Shown in pieces: positions 1 through 6,294 of a stretch of DNA of 12,257 nt. Positions within the stretch are counted from its first letter, which is position 1. The number at the start of each line of letters is the position of its first letter. Made by a program: the position numbers and the translations under genes. The DNA is from a virus: UHGV virus genome UHGV-0107510, one strand, 5' to 3'. The notes below the pieces were generated by a model. That model worked only from the letters and a program-made list of their open reading frames with translations, was not told where the DNA came from and searched no databases.

Positions 1-612
1 TTTCTGGCTGGTGAAGGTGAATCCGGGGTAACCGAAGAGCAGCCAGCACAGTCTGAAGTACCGGATGTGCTGACCGGGGAGGTCGAACAAAAAGTTACCG
101 CGGACATGATGATTGAGTTTATCTGTCAGGATGGGGCTAAAACGTGTGAGGAACTGGCGGATAAGTTCGGTGTTAGCATTCGCAAGGTTGCTTCCACGTT
201 GGCGGTCGTAACAGCAACGGGGCGCCTGGCACGCGTAAATCAGAACGGTAAATTTCGTTACTGCATACCGGGCGCTGATTTACCGGCAGAGCCGGAAGCT
301 GCATCCGTAGCGGAAACCGATGGTAAAGCCTTTCCTCAGCCAGCAGGTGTTGCGTTACCAGTCCGGGAAGCTGCAACACAGGAAGAAATAAAAACGGAAA
401 GTGTGGCGGTCACAGTGCAGTCACAGCCGTCGTTCACCAGAAAGCATCCGGATGGGCTGATTTTACCATCGCTGCATGTGGCTAACCGCGAGCTGCGCCG
501 GGCAAAAGGTCAGGTTCAGAAGTGGGAGCGAGTCTGCGCCGCGCTGCGGGAGCTGAACAAGTGCCGGGATATTCTCCGGGATATTACCGCCACCAGAGAA
601 CAGCAGCGGTGA
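1..612 (+). CDS. Hypothetical prophage early-region protein, 5' partial (frame is open to the window edge; the listed GTG at 67 is probably internal)
   Basis: Frame 1 has no stop from position 1 to TGA at 610-612. Product unknown; possibly one of the DUF-type proteins common in this region of lambdoid prophages, but I cannot assign a family from sequence alone. Confidence 0.55.
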   Translation, partial: FLAGEGESGVTEEQPAQSEVPDVLTGEVEQKVTADMMIEFICQDGAKTCEELADKFGVSIRKVASTLAVVTATGRLARVNQNGKFRYCIPGADLPAEPEAASVAETDGKAFPQPAGVALPVREAATQEEIKTESVAVTVQSQPSFTRKHPDGLILPSLHVANRELRRAKGQVQKWERVCAALRELNKCRDILRDITATREQQR

Positions 613-671
613 GTGGGTGGAAGACGTGGTGTCGGGCTGAAATTCTGATACTCCGGCTGTGCGCGGGAACG

Positions 672-857
672 ATGACTGTCGAAAGTATCGGCAGTCTGAT
701 TGGTCGTAGCGAGGCAGCGGTCAGAGCGAAAGCCCGGGATAAGGGAATAAGCCTGATGCTGCAGGGTGATTTTCGCCTGTCAGCCAAATTACCGTATAAA
801 GCGATGGACTGCCTGAAGCGAAACGGACTGATTGGCGCTGAGGATAGTTTACGATGA
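672..857 (+). CDS. Small hypothetical protein (61 aa) with a helix-turn-helix-like segment
   Basis: ATG at 672 is the first plausible start after the upstream gene's stop; weak GGGA Shine-Dalgarno 4-5 nt upstream. The segment ESIGSLIGRSEAAVRAKARDKGISL resembles a sigma-r4/LuxR-type HTH. The ATG at 522 would overlap the upstream gene by 90 nt in another frame. Confidence 0.4.
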   Translation: MTVESIGSLIGRSEAAVRAKARDKGISLMLQGDFRLSAKLPYKAMDCLKRNGLIGAEDSLR

Positions 858-937
858 CCTGGCCTGAGGCATTCGTAACGGTAGGAGTTGCAATGGCGGT
901 AGCGCTGGTGGTTTATTCGATTTGCCGCTGGGGTTGA
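854..937 (+). CDS. 27-aa hydrophobic peptide (MTWPEAFVTVGVAMAVALVVYSICRWG), possibly translationally coupled
   Basis: Its ATG overlaps the stop of the preceding ORF in an ATGA arrangement (854-857). One hydrophobic helix-length segment. Too short to judge by composition; included only because of the coupling geometry. Confidence 0.2.
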   Translation: MTWPEAFVTVGVAMAVALVVYSICRWG

Positions 938-1021
938 CGTAATTACTAATCCGGGGCTATATTCACCGCACGGTCGAGTTGACCGTCGGGATTGAGACCC
1001 CGGATAGAAACCGCGACAGAC

Positions 1022-1044
1022 ACACGCCGCGAGCGTGTTTTTTA
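1022..1044 (+). terminator. Rho-independent terminator candidate
   Basis: Stem ACACGC (1022-1027) / GCGTGT (1033-1038) with a 5-nt loop, followed by TTTTTT (1039-1044). Confidence 0.5.
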
Positions 1045-1204
1045 TTGTCGTATGCACGCGCACATCTGAATTATGGTGGGGCGTATAGGGGAGCTGAAAA
1101 GCTCGCCGGTTGGTTTCCCGGTAGTCTCAACCCTGTACGTCTCACCACCCGACGATTGAGACCTGACGGTGGTGATAGTTTAGAAACCACCCTAGGGTGT
1201 CGTT

Positions 1205-1753
1205 ATGACTACTCAAATCTCTGTTGAAACTCTTGTTGCTATTACTTACAACCAAATCCCTGTAATTACCACTGAGTTGTTGGCGCATCTTTATGGTGCA
1301 GACGTTAAGAATATTCAAAACAACTTTGCAAGGAATGTAGGGCGCTTTCAGATTGGAAAACACTTTTTTAAGATCGAAGGTGAAGAGTTACGTGAATTGA
1401 AGCACAGACCATCTTTAAGTGGGTCTGTGAAAATCGCCCGTAACGTTCGTTCCCTCATCCTCTGGACAGAACGCGGAGCAGCCCGTCATGCAAAAATGCT
1501 CGAAACCGATCAGGCGTGGGAAGTATTCGAAAAACTCGAAGACAGTTACTTCAACCAGTACGAGAAAGAGCGGACTATGGGAAAAATGAATATCGATTTT
1601 CACCTGGCGATCCGTGACGATAAAACCGCCTTCATCCGAAGTTATGCGCCTGGCGAGCTGGTGACGGTTGAAGAAGCCCTGGCTTTGCTTAAATCGCGCG
1701 GATGGCTGGTAATGCCACGAGATGAACTGGCCGGAAAATTAATGGAGCTTTAA
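1205..1753 (+). CDS. Phage antirepressor-like protein (ORF6N-type N-terminal domain)
   Basis: 182-aa ORF with AGGGTG Shine-Dalgarno 5 nt upstream of the ATG. The N-terminal 80 aa (…NQIPVITTELLAHLYGADVKNIQNNFARNVGRFQIGKHFFKIEGEELRELK…) matches what I recall of the ORF6N/antirepressor family. Confidence 0.75.
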   Translation: MTTQISVETLVAITYNQIPVITTELLAHLYGADVKNIQNNFARNVGRFQIGKHFFKIEGEELRELKHRPSLSGSVKIARNVRSLILWTERGAARHAKMLETDQAWEVFEKLEDSYFNQYEKERTMGKMNIDFHLAIRDDKTAFIRSYAPGELVTVEEALALLKSRGWLVMPRDELAGKLMEL

Positions 1754-1779
1754 CCGATTGAGTTAACCTTGATATGGGA

Positions 1780-1799
1780 ATTCCCATATCGGGAGAACA
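1780..1799. repeat. Perfect 20-bp palindrome GATATGGGAATTCCCATATC
   Basis: The sequence is its own reverse complement, centred on GAATTC, 27 bp after the antirepressor stop. Not followed by a T-run on either strand, so it is more likely a dimeric-protein binding site or a hairpin than an intrinsic terminator. Confidence 0.5.
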
Positions 1800-2024
1800 T
1801 TACCATCGGGGATAAAATGATTTGCGGGGAAAGAAGAGTTAAGTAGAATTGCTGCGGGTGCTTGAGGCTGTCTGCCTCGGGCATGCCGCCGTAAGGCAGA
1901 CAGAGAAAAGCCCCAGTTAACATTACGCGTCTTGCAGGACGCTTAACATTAATCTGAGGCCAATTTCATGCTTTGCACATGTAGGTTAGCCTCTTACGTG
2001 CCGAAAGGCAAGGAGAAGCAGGCT

Positions 2025-2180
2025 ATGAAGCAGCAAAAGGCGATGTTAATCGCCCTGATTGTCATCTGTTTAACCGTCATAGTGACGGCACTGGTAACGA
2101 GGAAAGACCTCTGCGAGGTACGAATCCGAACCGGCCAGACGGAGGTCGCTGTCTTCACAGCTTACGAACCTGAGGAGTAA
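2025..2180 (+). CDS. hok: Hok/Gef family type I toxin (small membrane-damaging peptide)
   Basis: 51-aa product MKQQKAMLIALIVICLTVIVTALVTRKDLCEVRIRTGQTEVAVFTAYEPEE carries the Hok/Gef signature (N-terminal TM helix, LCEVRIRTGQTEVA motif). AGGAGA Shine-Dalgarno at 2011-2016, 8 nt before the ATG. An in-frame upstream ATG at 1968 would add 19 residues. Confidence 0.9.
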   Translation: MKQQKAMLIALIVICLTVIVTALVTRKDLCEVRIRTGQTEVAVFTAYEPEE

Positions 2181-2239
2181 GAGACTTGGCGAGGGAGAAA
2201 TCCCTCGCCACCTCTGATGTGTCAGGCATCCTCAACGCA

Positions 2240-2270
2240 CCCGCACTTAACCTGCTTCGGCGGGTTTTGT
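2240..2270 (+). terminator. Terminator candidate at the end of the hok transcript
   Basis: GC stem CCCGC (2240-2244) / GCGGG (2260-2264) followed by TTTTGTTGTATT. A stable 9-bp hairpin GGCGAGGGA-GAAA-TCCCTCGCC lies just upstream (2188-2209), consistent with the structured 3' end typical of hok mRNAs. Confidence 0.4.
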
Positions 2271-2282
2271 TGTATTAGAATA

Positions 2283-2600
2283 TCAGGATATTACCTGGAT
2301 CCCGTTTTTCTCGACAACTGAAAGAAGCCGAAGAGCTGCACCTCCCGGGCGTTTCACTCCTCGTTCCCAGTCTGATATCAGGTTTTTACTGACGTTGAGG
2401 TATCTGGCAAAAACAGGTTGAGACAGATGCTCTCGTTCTCGCAGTGCACGGATCCTTTCTGGAGACATTACCGGCGCAGGCTGAAGACAAGTTTCATCGA
2501 ATTCGCGCATAGTTTGTTTTGTGATTGCACCGATATCATGGAGTGACTCCATCATTTCATGTACAGATGCAAGTGCATCACTGCGGTAATTTTTACTCAT
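2283..2600 (-). CDS. HTH-domain antitoxin (HigA-2-like, XRE-type C-terminal HTH)
   Basis: 105-aa ORF; the C-terminal segment LSQPVFARYLNVSKNLISDWERGVKRPGGAALRLL is an XRE-family HTH. Its ATG (2598-2600) overlaps the last codons of the upstream toxin frame by 8 nt, the usual toxin-first TA operon geometry. Confidence 0.8.
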   Translation of the reverse strand: MSKNYRSDALASVHEMMESLHDIGAITKQTMREFDETCLQPAPVMSPERIRALREREHLSQPVFARYLNVSKNLISDWERGVKRPGGAALRLLSVVEKNGIQVIS

Positions 2601-2965
2601 TGGGTACCTCCGTGAACTGGCCTTGTTGAATCAATTGTGCCAGCTGTTCATCAGTAAGATTGAGGACATGGGGAGCGGCTTTTCGAAAAGCATTTTCCTC
2701 TATAGCAGTGATATTCTCTCGTTCATTCTTTGCGTATGCGTAGATGAAAAAGGCTTTTTCTGCAACGCGGTAAAAAATTATTGTCCGGTAACCGCCTGAT
2801 TTTCCGCCACCACTTCGGGCTAATCTTTGTTTAATGACACCACTACCCAAATTTGCGGATATGATCCCCCTTATCGGCCTGCTCCACGATTTTGCGCAGC
2901 GATTTATCGGAAATCCGATGTTTTCGGGCGAAACGTTCAAACCAGGCGTTTTTGAAAATTCGCAT
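2593..2965 (-). pseudogene. HigB-2-like (RelE/ParE superfamily) toxin, apparently frameshifted in a C5/G5 homopolymer
   Basis: The ATG at 2965 with a GAGG Shine-Dalgarno gives MRIFKNAWFERFARKHRISDKSLRKIVEQADKG, then runs into a stop at 2843-2845. The rest of the toxin (IISANLGSGVIKQRLARSGGGKSGGYRTIIFYRVAEKAFFIYAYAKNERENIT…) is in the +1 frame down to the stop at 2593-2595. Removing one C from the run at 2866-2870 joins the two into a ~116-aa ORF. The C-terminal block resembles V. cholerae HigB-2 as I recall it. Confidence 0.65.
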
Positions 2966-2988
2966 ACCTGCCTCTGCATTTTATATAA

Positions 2989-3009
2989 CACATAGTGTTA
3001 CACTATGTG
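2989..3009. promoter_or_regulatory. Operator-like inverted repeat in the promoter of the toxin-antitoxin operon
   Basis: CACATAGTGT-t-ACACTATGTG: 10-bp arms with a 1-nt spacer, just upstream of the minus-strand toxin start. A TATAAA -10-like element (minus strand, about 2980-2985) sits between it and the start. Typical autoregulatory layout for type II TA operons. Confidence 0.55.
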
Positions 3010-3188
3010 GACTATGGAGGCAATCTTTATTTGAGAATGCTTGCTGATTTATCCGTGTTCAAAAAACAGACGTAATTCAGATTGTATAAACGGCAGACAG
3101 AAAAAGTCATTGTTCTTGCGCATAAAATCCTCAGATTTACTGAGTGAAATGCGTCTCTTTTCATGGTTATAGTCCGAGAGAAGCGATA

Positions 3189-3416
3189 ATGCATTTCATT
3201 TCCTTTACGTCAGGAGGTGTTGTGAAAATCCCAGCCAGTTTGATCCCGGGGTTTTATGAGAGCACGCGCCCGGTTGTTGTTTACAGAAACAGTGATGGTT
3301 CTTTTCAATGTGGTTTTGTTATGCGAAGTAATGAGGTTGTTGTAAGCCTTTCTCTTCTTTCTGAGGTAAGAGAGTTGGCAGGACTACCTGTTGATGATAT
3401 TCAGAAGCAGCTATAA
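3189..3416 (+). CDS. Hypothetical small protein (75 aa from ATG 3189; alternative starts ATG 3144 or GTG 3222)
   Basis: ORF on the same strand as downstream genes. GAGAGA purine tract about 8 nt before ATG 3189; the AGGAGG at 3213-3218 is only 3 nt from GTG 3222. No family recognised. Confidence 0.4.
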   Translation: MHFISFTSGGVVKIPASLIPGFYESTRPVVVYRNSDGSFQCGFVMRSNEVVVSLSLLSEVRELAGLPVDDIQKQL

Positions 3417-3469
3417 AATCAGGCTGACTTGAACCGTCGCTGAGAAACACCGTGCCACCGGAGATCCCG

Positions 3470-3739
3470 ATGGCGCACGATAGCAGATTGCACAATTCTG
3501 CCGCCCTTGCCAGTAGGCAAGGGCGGTGTTCGCACGTATTTAAAACCGACTGGTTCCAGCATCCCCCATGCACTGAAGAACAGGCCGAATGGCTGATCCA
3601 GTGTTACCGCAGGTGCGGATATGAGTTTGAGAAAGCCCTCAGCTTCGATCGTCGTCACTGGATAATCTCCGTCAGGCTCCCTTATTCCGAACGCCCGCCG
3701 CGTCCGTCCCGCACATATCAGCAACGCATCTGGAGGTAA
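3470..3739 (+). CDS. Hypothetical protein (89 aa; alternative ATG 3452), translationally coupled to the DUF968 gene
   Basis: Stop TAA at 3737-3739 lies within or adjacent to the GGAGGT Shine-Dalgarno of the next gene and is 1 nt before its GTG start. Same position as the small gene upstream of ydfU in E. coli Qin, by recollection of gene order only. Confidence 0.45.
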   Translation: MAHDSRLHNSAALASRQGRCSHVFKTDWFQHPPCTEEQAEWLIQCYRRCGYEFEKALSFDRRHWIISVRLPYSERPPRPSRTYQQRIWR

Positions 3740-3740
3740 C

Positions 3741-4790
3741 GTGCGGGTATTACTTCGACCTGTTCTGGTACCGGAACTCGGTCTGGTTATCGTTAAGCCA
3801 GACCGTGAATCAATGTCAGTATTCCATAACGGCAGAATATTGGTGGAACCGGAACCCAAAAACATGCGCAGTCTTCCGTCCGGCGTCGTTGCAGCCGTTA
3901 GCCAGCCGTTGGCTGAGGATAAAACATTACTACCATTTTTCAGCGATGAGCGGGTTATTCGTGCAGCAGGTGGTGCAGGTGCACTGTCTGACTGGTTATT
4001 ACGTCACGTGAAATCCTGCCAGTGGCCACACGGCGATTATCATCACAGCGAAACAGTCATTCACCGTTACGGTACCGGCGCGATGGTGTTGTGCTGGCAC
4101 TGTGACAACCAGCTGCGCAACCAGACATCAGAATCACTCGATCAACTTGCTCAGCAGAATCTGGTTGCCTGGATGATTGACGTCATCCGTCACGCAATAA
4201 GCGGTACGCAGGAGAGGGAGTTATCGCTGGCCGAATTATCCTGGTGGGCGGCCTGCAATCAGGTGGTGGATGCACTACCTGAGGCAGTAGCGCGTCGTTC
4301 GCTGGGATTACCGGTGGAAAAAATCCGCTCCGTATACCGTGAGAGTGACATCGTACCGGGAGAACAGACAGCCATCAGCATACTGAAGCAGCGCACAAAA
4401 AATATTGCGCTGCCACTTCACGTCCACCAGCAACAAAATCCACCACAGAAAAAAACGGTTGTCAGTATCGCCGTTGATCCGGAGTCTCCTGAATCGTTCA
4501 TGAGGCGGCCTAAACGTCGCCGTTGGGTTAATGAGAAATACACGCGCTGGGTAAAGACACAGCCGTGTGCGTGTTGTGGTAAGCCAGCTGACGATCCGCA
4601 TCACCTGATTGGTCATGGTCAGGGGGGAGTGGGAACAAAGGCCCACGACATTTTCACGCTACCGTTGTGCCGGGAGCACCACAACGAACTTCATGCAGAC
4701 CCGCTGAAGTTTGAGAAAAAGTACGGCTCTCAGATTGAGTTAATTTTTCGTTTTCTTGATCACGCCTTTGCGACTGGCGTGCTCGGGTAA
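3741..4790 (+). CDS. DUF968-family protein (YdfU-like) with a C-terminal Cys/His HNH-like motif
   Basis: 349-aa ORF with GTG start and strong GGAGGT Shine-Dalgarno (3732-3737). Length and position (just upstream of rusA/Q) match YdfU-type prophage proteins. The C-terminus carries CACCGKP…HHLIGHGQGG…CREHHNELH. Confidence 0.8.
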   Translation: MRVLLRPVLVPELGLVIVKPDRESMSVFHNGRILVEPEPKNMRSLPSGVVAAVSQPLAEDKTLLPFFSDERVIRAAGGAGALSDWLLRHVKSCQWPHGDYHHSETVIHRYGTGAMVLCWHCDNQLRNQTSESLDQLAQQNLVAWMIDVIRHAISGTQERELSLAELSWWAACNQVVDALPEAVARRSLGLPVEKIRSVYRESDIVPGEQTAISILKQRTKNIALPLHVHQQQNPPQKKTVVSIAVDPESPESFMRRPKRRRWVNEKYTRWVKTQPCACCGKPADDPHHLIGHGQGGVGTKAHDIFTLPLCREHHNELHADPLKFEKKYGSQIELIFRFLDHAFATGVLG

Positions 4791-4802
4791 AAGAGGTGAC
4801 TG

Positions 4803-5162
4803 ATGCTCATAGATTTGGTTTTACCTTACCCGCCGACGGTGAACACTTACTGGCGACGCCGTGGCAGCACATATTTTATCTCGGAGGAGGGAAAGCGTTA
4901 TCGCCGGGCTGTGGCGCTTATTGTTCGCCAGCAGCGGCTGAAATTAAGCCTGTCCGGAAGGCTGGCGATAAAGGTGATTGCAGAGCCACCGGATAAGCGT
5001 CGTCGCGACCTGGACAACATTCTGAAAGCGCCGCTGGATGCGCTGACGCATGCGGGAGTGCTCATTGATGACGAGCAGTTTGATGAAATCAATATTGTAC
5101 GTGGTCAGCCGGTATCTGGTGGACGGCTGGGTGTGAAGATTTACAAAATTGAGAGTGAGTGA
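4803..5162 (+). CDS. rusA: Holliday junction resolvase RusA
   Basis: 119-aa product; the PPTVNTYW N-terminus and the central RRRDLDN…DAL…DD motif match the RusA family. GAGGTG Shine-Dalgarno upstream; canonical nin-region position before Q. Confidence 0.9.
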   Translation: MLIDLVLPYPPTVNTYWRRRGSTYFISEEGKRYRRAVALIVRQQRLKLSLSGRLAIKVIAEPPDKRRRDLDNILKAPLDALTHAGVLIDDEQFDEINIVRGQPVSGGRLGVKIYKIESE

Positions 5163-5170
5163 GCGTAAAT

Positions 5171-5731
5171 ATGATATATCCGGAAATTACAGGCAAAAGC
5201 GGCGAACATTTACGCCTGAACACGCTGGAAGCAGTCTGGATCCAGGGGAAATTACGGATGTGGGGGCGGTGGTCGTATATAGGCGGGGGTAAATCCGGAA
5301 ATATGTTTAACCGGTTACTGGTTTCGAAGAAGCTGACGAAAACAGCAGTTAAGGAGGTTTTACGCAGAATGAAGAAATCCGGGCTGGATAAACCGGAACT
5401 TGAGGCATTTTTTCGGGATATGACCAGAGGGAAGCAGAAGAGCTGGTTGTCACATTGTACAGACACAGAGGCGTTGATTATTGATCGCGTTATCAGTGAG
5501 GTGCTTGGGGAATATCCCGGGCTAATCAATATTCTCCGGCAAAGGTACGAAGGACGAGGAATGAGCAAACTGAAAATGGCCGAAAGGTTAAATGCAGATC
5601 ATCCTGAGTGGACGTTGGTTACGTGCAGACGCCGAATTGATCAATGGTTGGGGATATCTGAATTTATGTTACATGCCCCCATGCGTATGGCTTTTGTTAC
5701 AGAGAAAAAAATGTTGCAAACTGATCAATAA
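5171..5731 (+). CDS. Q: Late-gene antitermination protein Q family (alternative GTG start at 5159 overlapping the rusA stop)
   Basis: Sits immediately after rusA and immediately before a short promoter-terminator unit, as Q genes do. Contains a WGRWSY…GGG segment resembling the WGxW region of Q-family antiterminators such as DLP12 QuuD. Family call is part positional, part motif. Confidence 0.65.
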   Translation: MIYPEITGKSGEHLRLNTLEAVWIQGKLRMWGRWSYIGGGKSGNMFNRLLVSKKLTKTAVKEVLRRMKKSGLDKPELEAFFRDMTRGKQKSWLSHCTDTEALIIDRVISEVLGEYPGLINILRQRYEGRGMSKLKMAERLNADHPEWTLVTCRRRIDQWLGISEFMLHAPMRMAFVTEKKMLQTDQ

Positions 5732-5742
5732 ACTGCTTCAAT
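5714..5742 (+). promoter_or_regulatory. Candidate late promoter pR' (-35 TTGCAA 5714-5719, -10 TTCAAT 5737-5742, 17-bp spacer)
   Basis: Overlaps the 3' end of Q and lies about 60-90 bp upstream of an intrinsic terminator, the expected pR'-qut-tR' layout. Both hexamers are imperfect; TATAAG at 5746-5751 is an alternative -10. Confidence 0.3.
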
Positions 5743-5804
5743 CCGTATAAGCTTCGCAAGGCTGTATCGCGAGGCGAAACGCAAGTTTTTTCGCACAAGG
5801 AAGC

Positions 5805-5824
5805 CACCGGAAGGTGGTTTTTTG
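5805..5824 (+). terminator. tR'-like intrinsic terminator downstream of Q
   Basis: Stem CCACC (5805-5809) / GGTGG (5814-5818) with a GGAA tetraloop, followed by TTTTTT. Confidence 0.55.
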
Positions 5825-5946
5825 TGTCCGCGATATACAGCAGCGCAATAAATTCGCTGGTGGTTATTAATACCGTTCTTTCAGCTTGCTGGCTTTTTCG
5901 ACAAGAGTTATTGGTGTGTCACGTTAACCGGAAAAGGGAAAAAGAC

Positions 5947-6144
5947 ATGCTGAAACAGCAGGATATGACCGAAACCGCCAGAGTGGTGTTTAATGAATTA
6001 AGCGTCACCGAACCGGCGACAGTCGGGGAGATTGCACAGAATACGTACCTTTCACGCGAACGCTGTCAGTTAATACTGACCCAGCTTGTTATGGCGGGTC
6101 TGGCAGACTATCAGTTCGGTTGTTACAGACGCCTTCAGTCATGA
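5947..6144 (+). CDS. Small hypothetical protein (65 aa), possibly a winged-helix DNA-binding protein
   Basis: ATG at 5947 preceded by a purine-rich tract (GGAAAAGGGAAAAAGAC). Product MLKQQDMTETARVVFNELSVTEPATVGEIAQNTYLSRERCQLILTQLVMAGLADYQFG… has an HTH-like core. Its stop codon is embedded in a terminator hairpin. The listed ATG at 5824 overlaps tR' and is unlikely. Confidence 0.5.
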   Translation: MLKQQDMTETARVVFNELSVTEPATVGEIAQNTYLSRERCQLILTQLVMAGLADYQFGCYRRLQS

Positions 6145-6154
6145 AGGCTTTTTT
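6131..6154 (+). terminator. Intrinsic terminator
   Basis: Stem GCCTTC (6131-6136) / GAAGGC (6143-6148), loop AGTCAT, followed by TTTTTT (6149-6154). Confidence 0.5.
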
Positions 6155-6294
6155 ATTTGTGGTAAATGGGCGGCTGGTGGGTGTTAGGGGCACTCACCAG
6201 CCATCTGCTCATGCGTCCGGATCACAAGCAAACCTCAGGCCCACTGCTTTGCGCAAAAGCAGAATGAGCCTATCAGAGACAGGCTTAATGATCC

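Noticed and set aside
584-1063. 159-aa minus-strand ORF
   Set aside because: Antisense to plus-strand ORFs, spans a plus-strand terminator, and has an Arg/Ser/Pro-rich low-complexity translation with no ribosome-binding site; probably spurious.
2593-2991. 132-aa minus-strand ORF in the track (MLYKMQRQVCEFSKTPGLNV…) as an intact toxin gene
   Set aside because: Its first ~40 codons are read from the wrong frame through the operator and promoter, and the properly positioned ATG (2965, with Shine-Dalgarno) is in another frame. It is better explained as a frameshifted toxin than as a genuine longer protein.
3419-3865. 148-aa minus-strand ORF (and the 84-aa ORF at 3319-3573)
   Set aside because: Overlaps the start of the well-supported DUF968 gene and its coupled upstream ORF on the opposite strand; low-complexity translation.
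4796-4996. 66-aa plus-strand ORF and 64-aa minus-strand ORF (4898-5092) overlapping rusA
   Set aside because: Both are alternative-frame or antisense readings inside the well-supported rusA gene.
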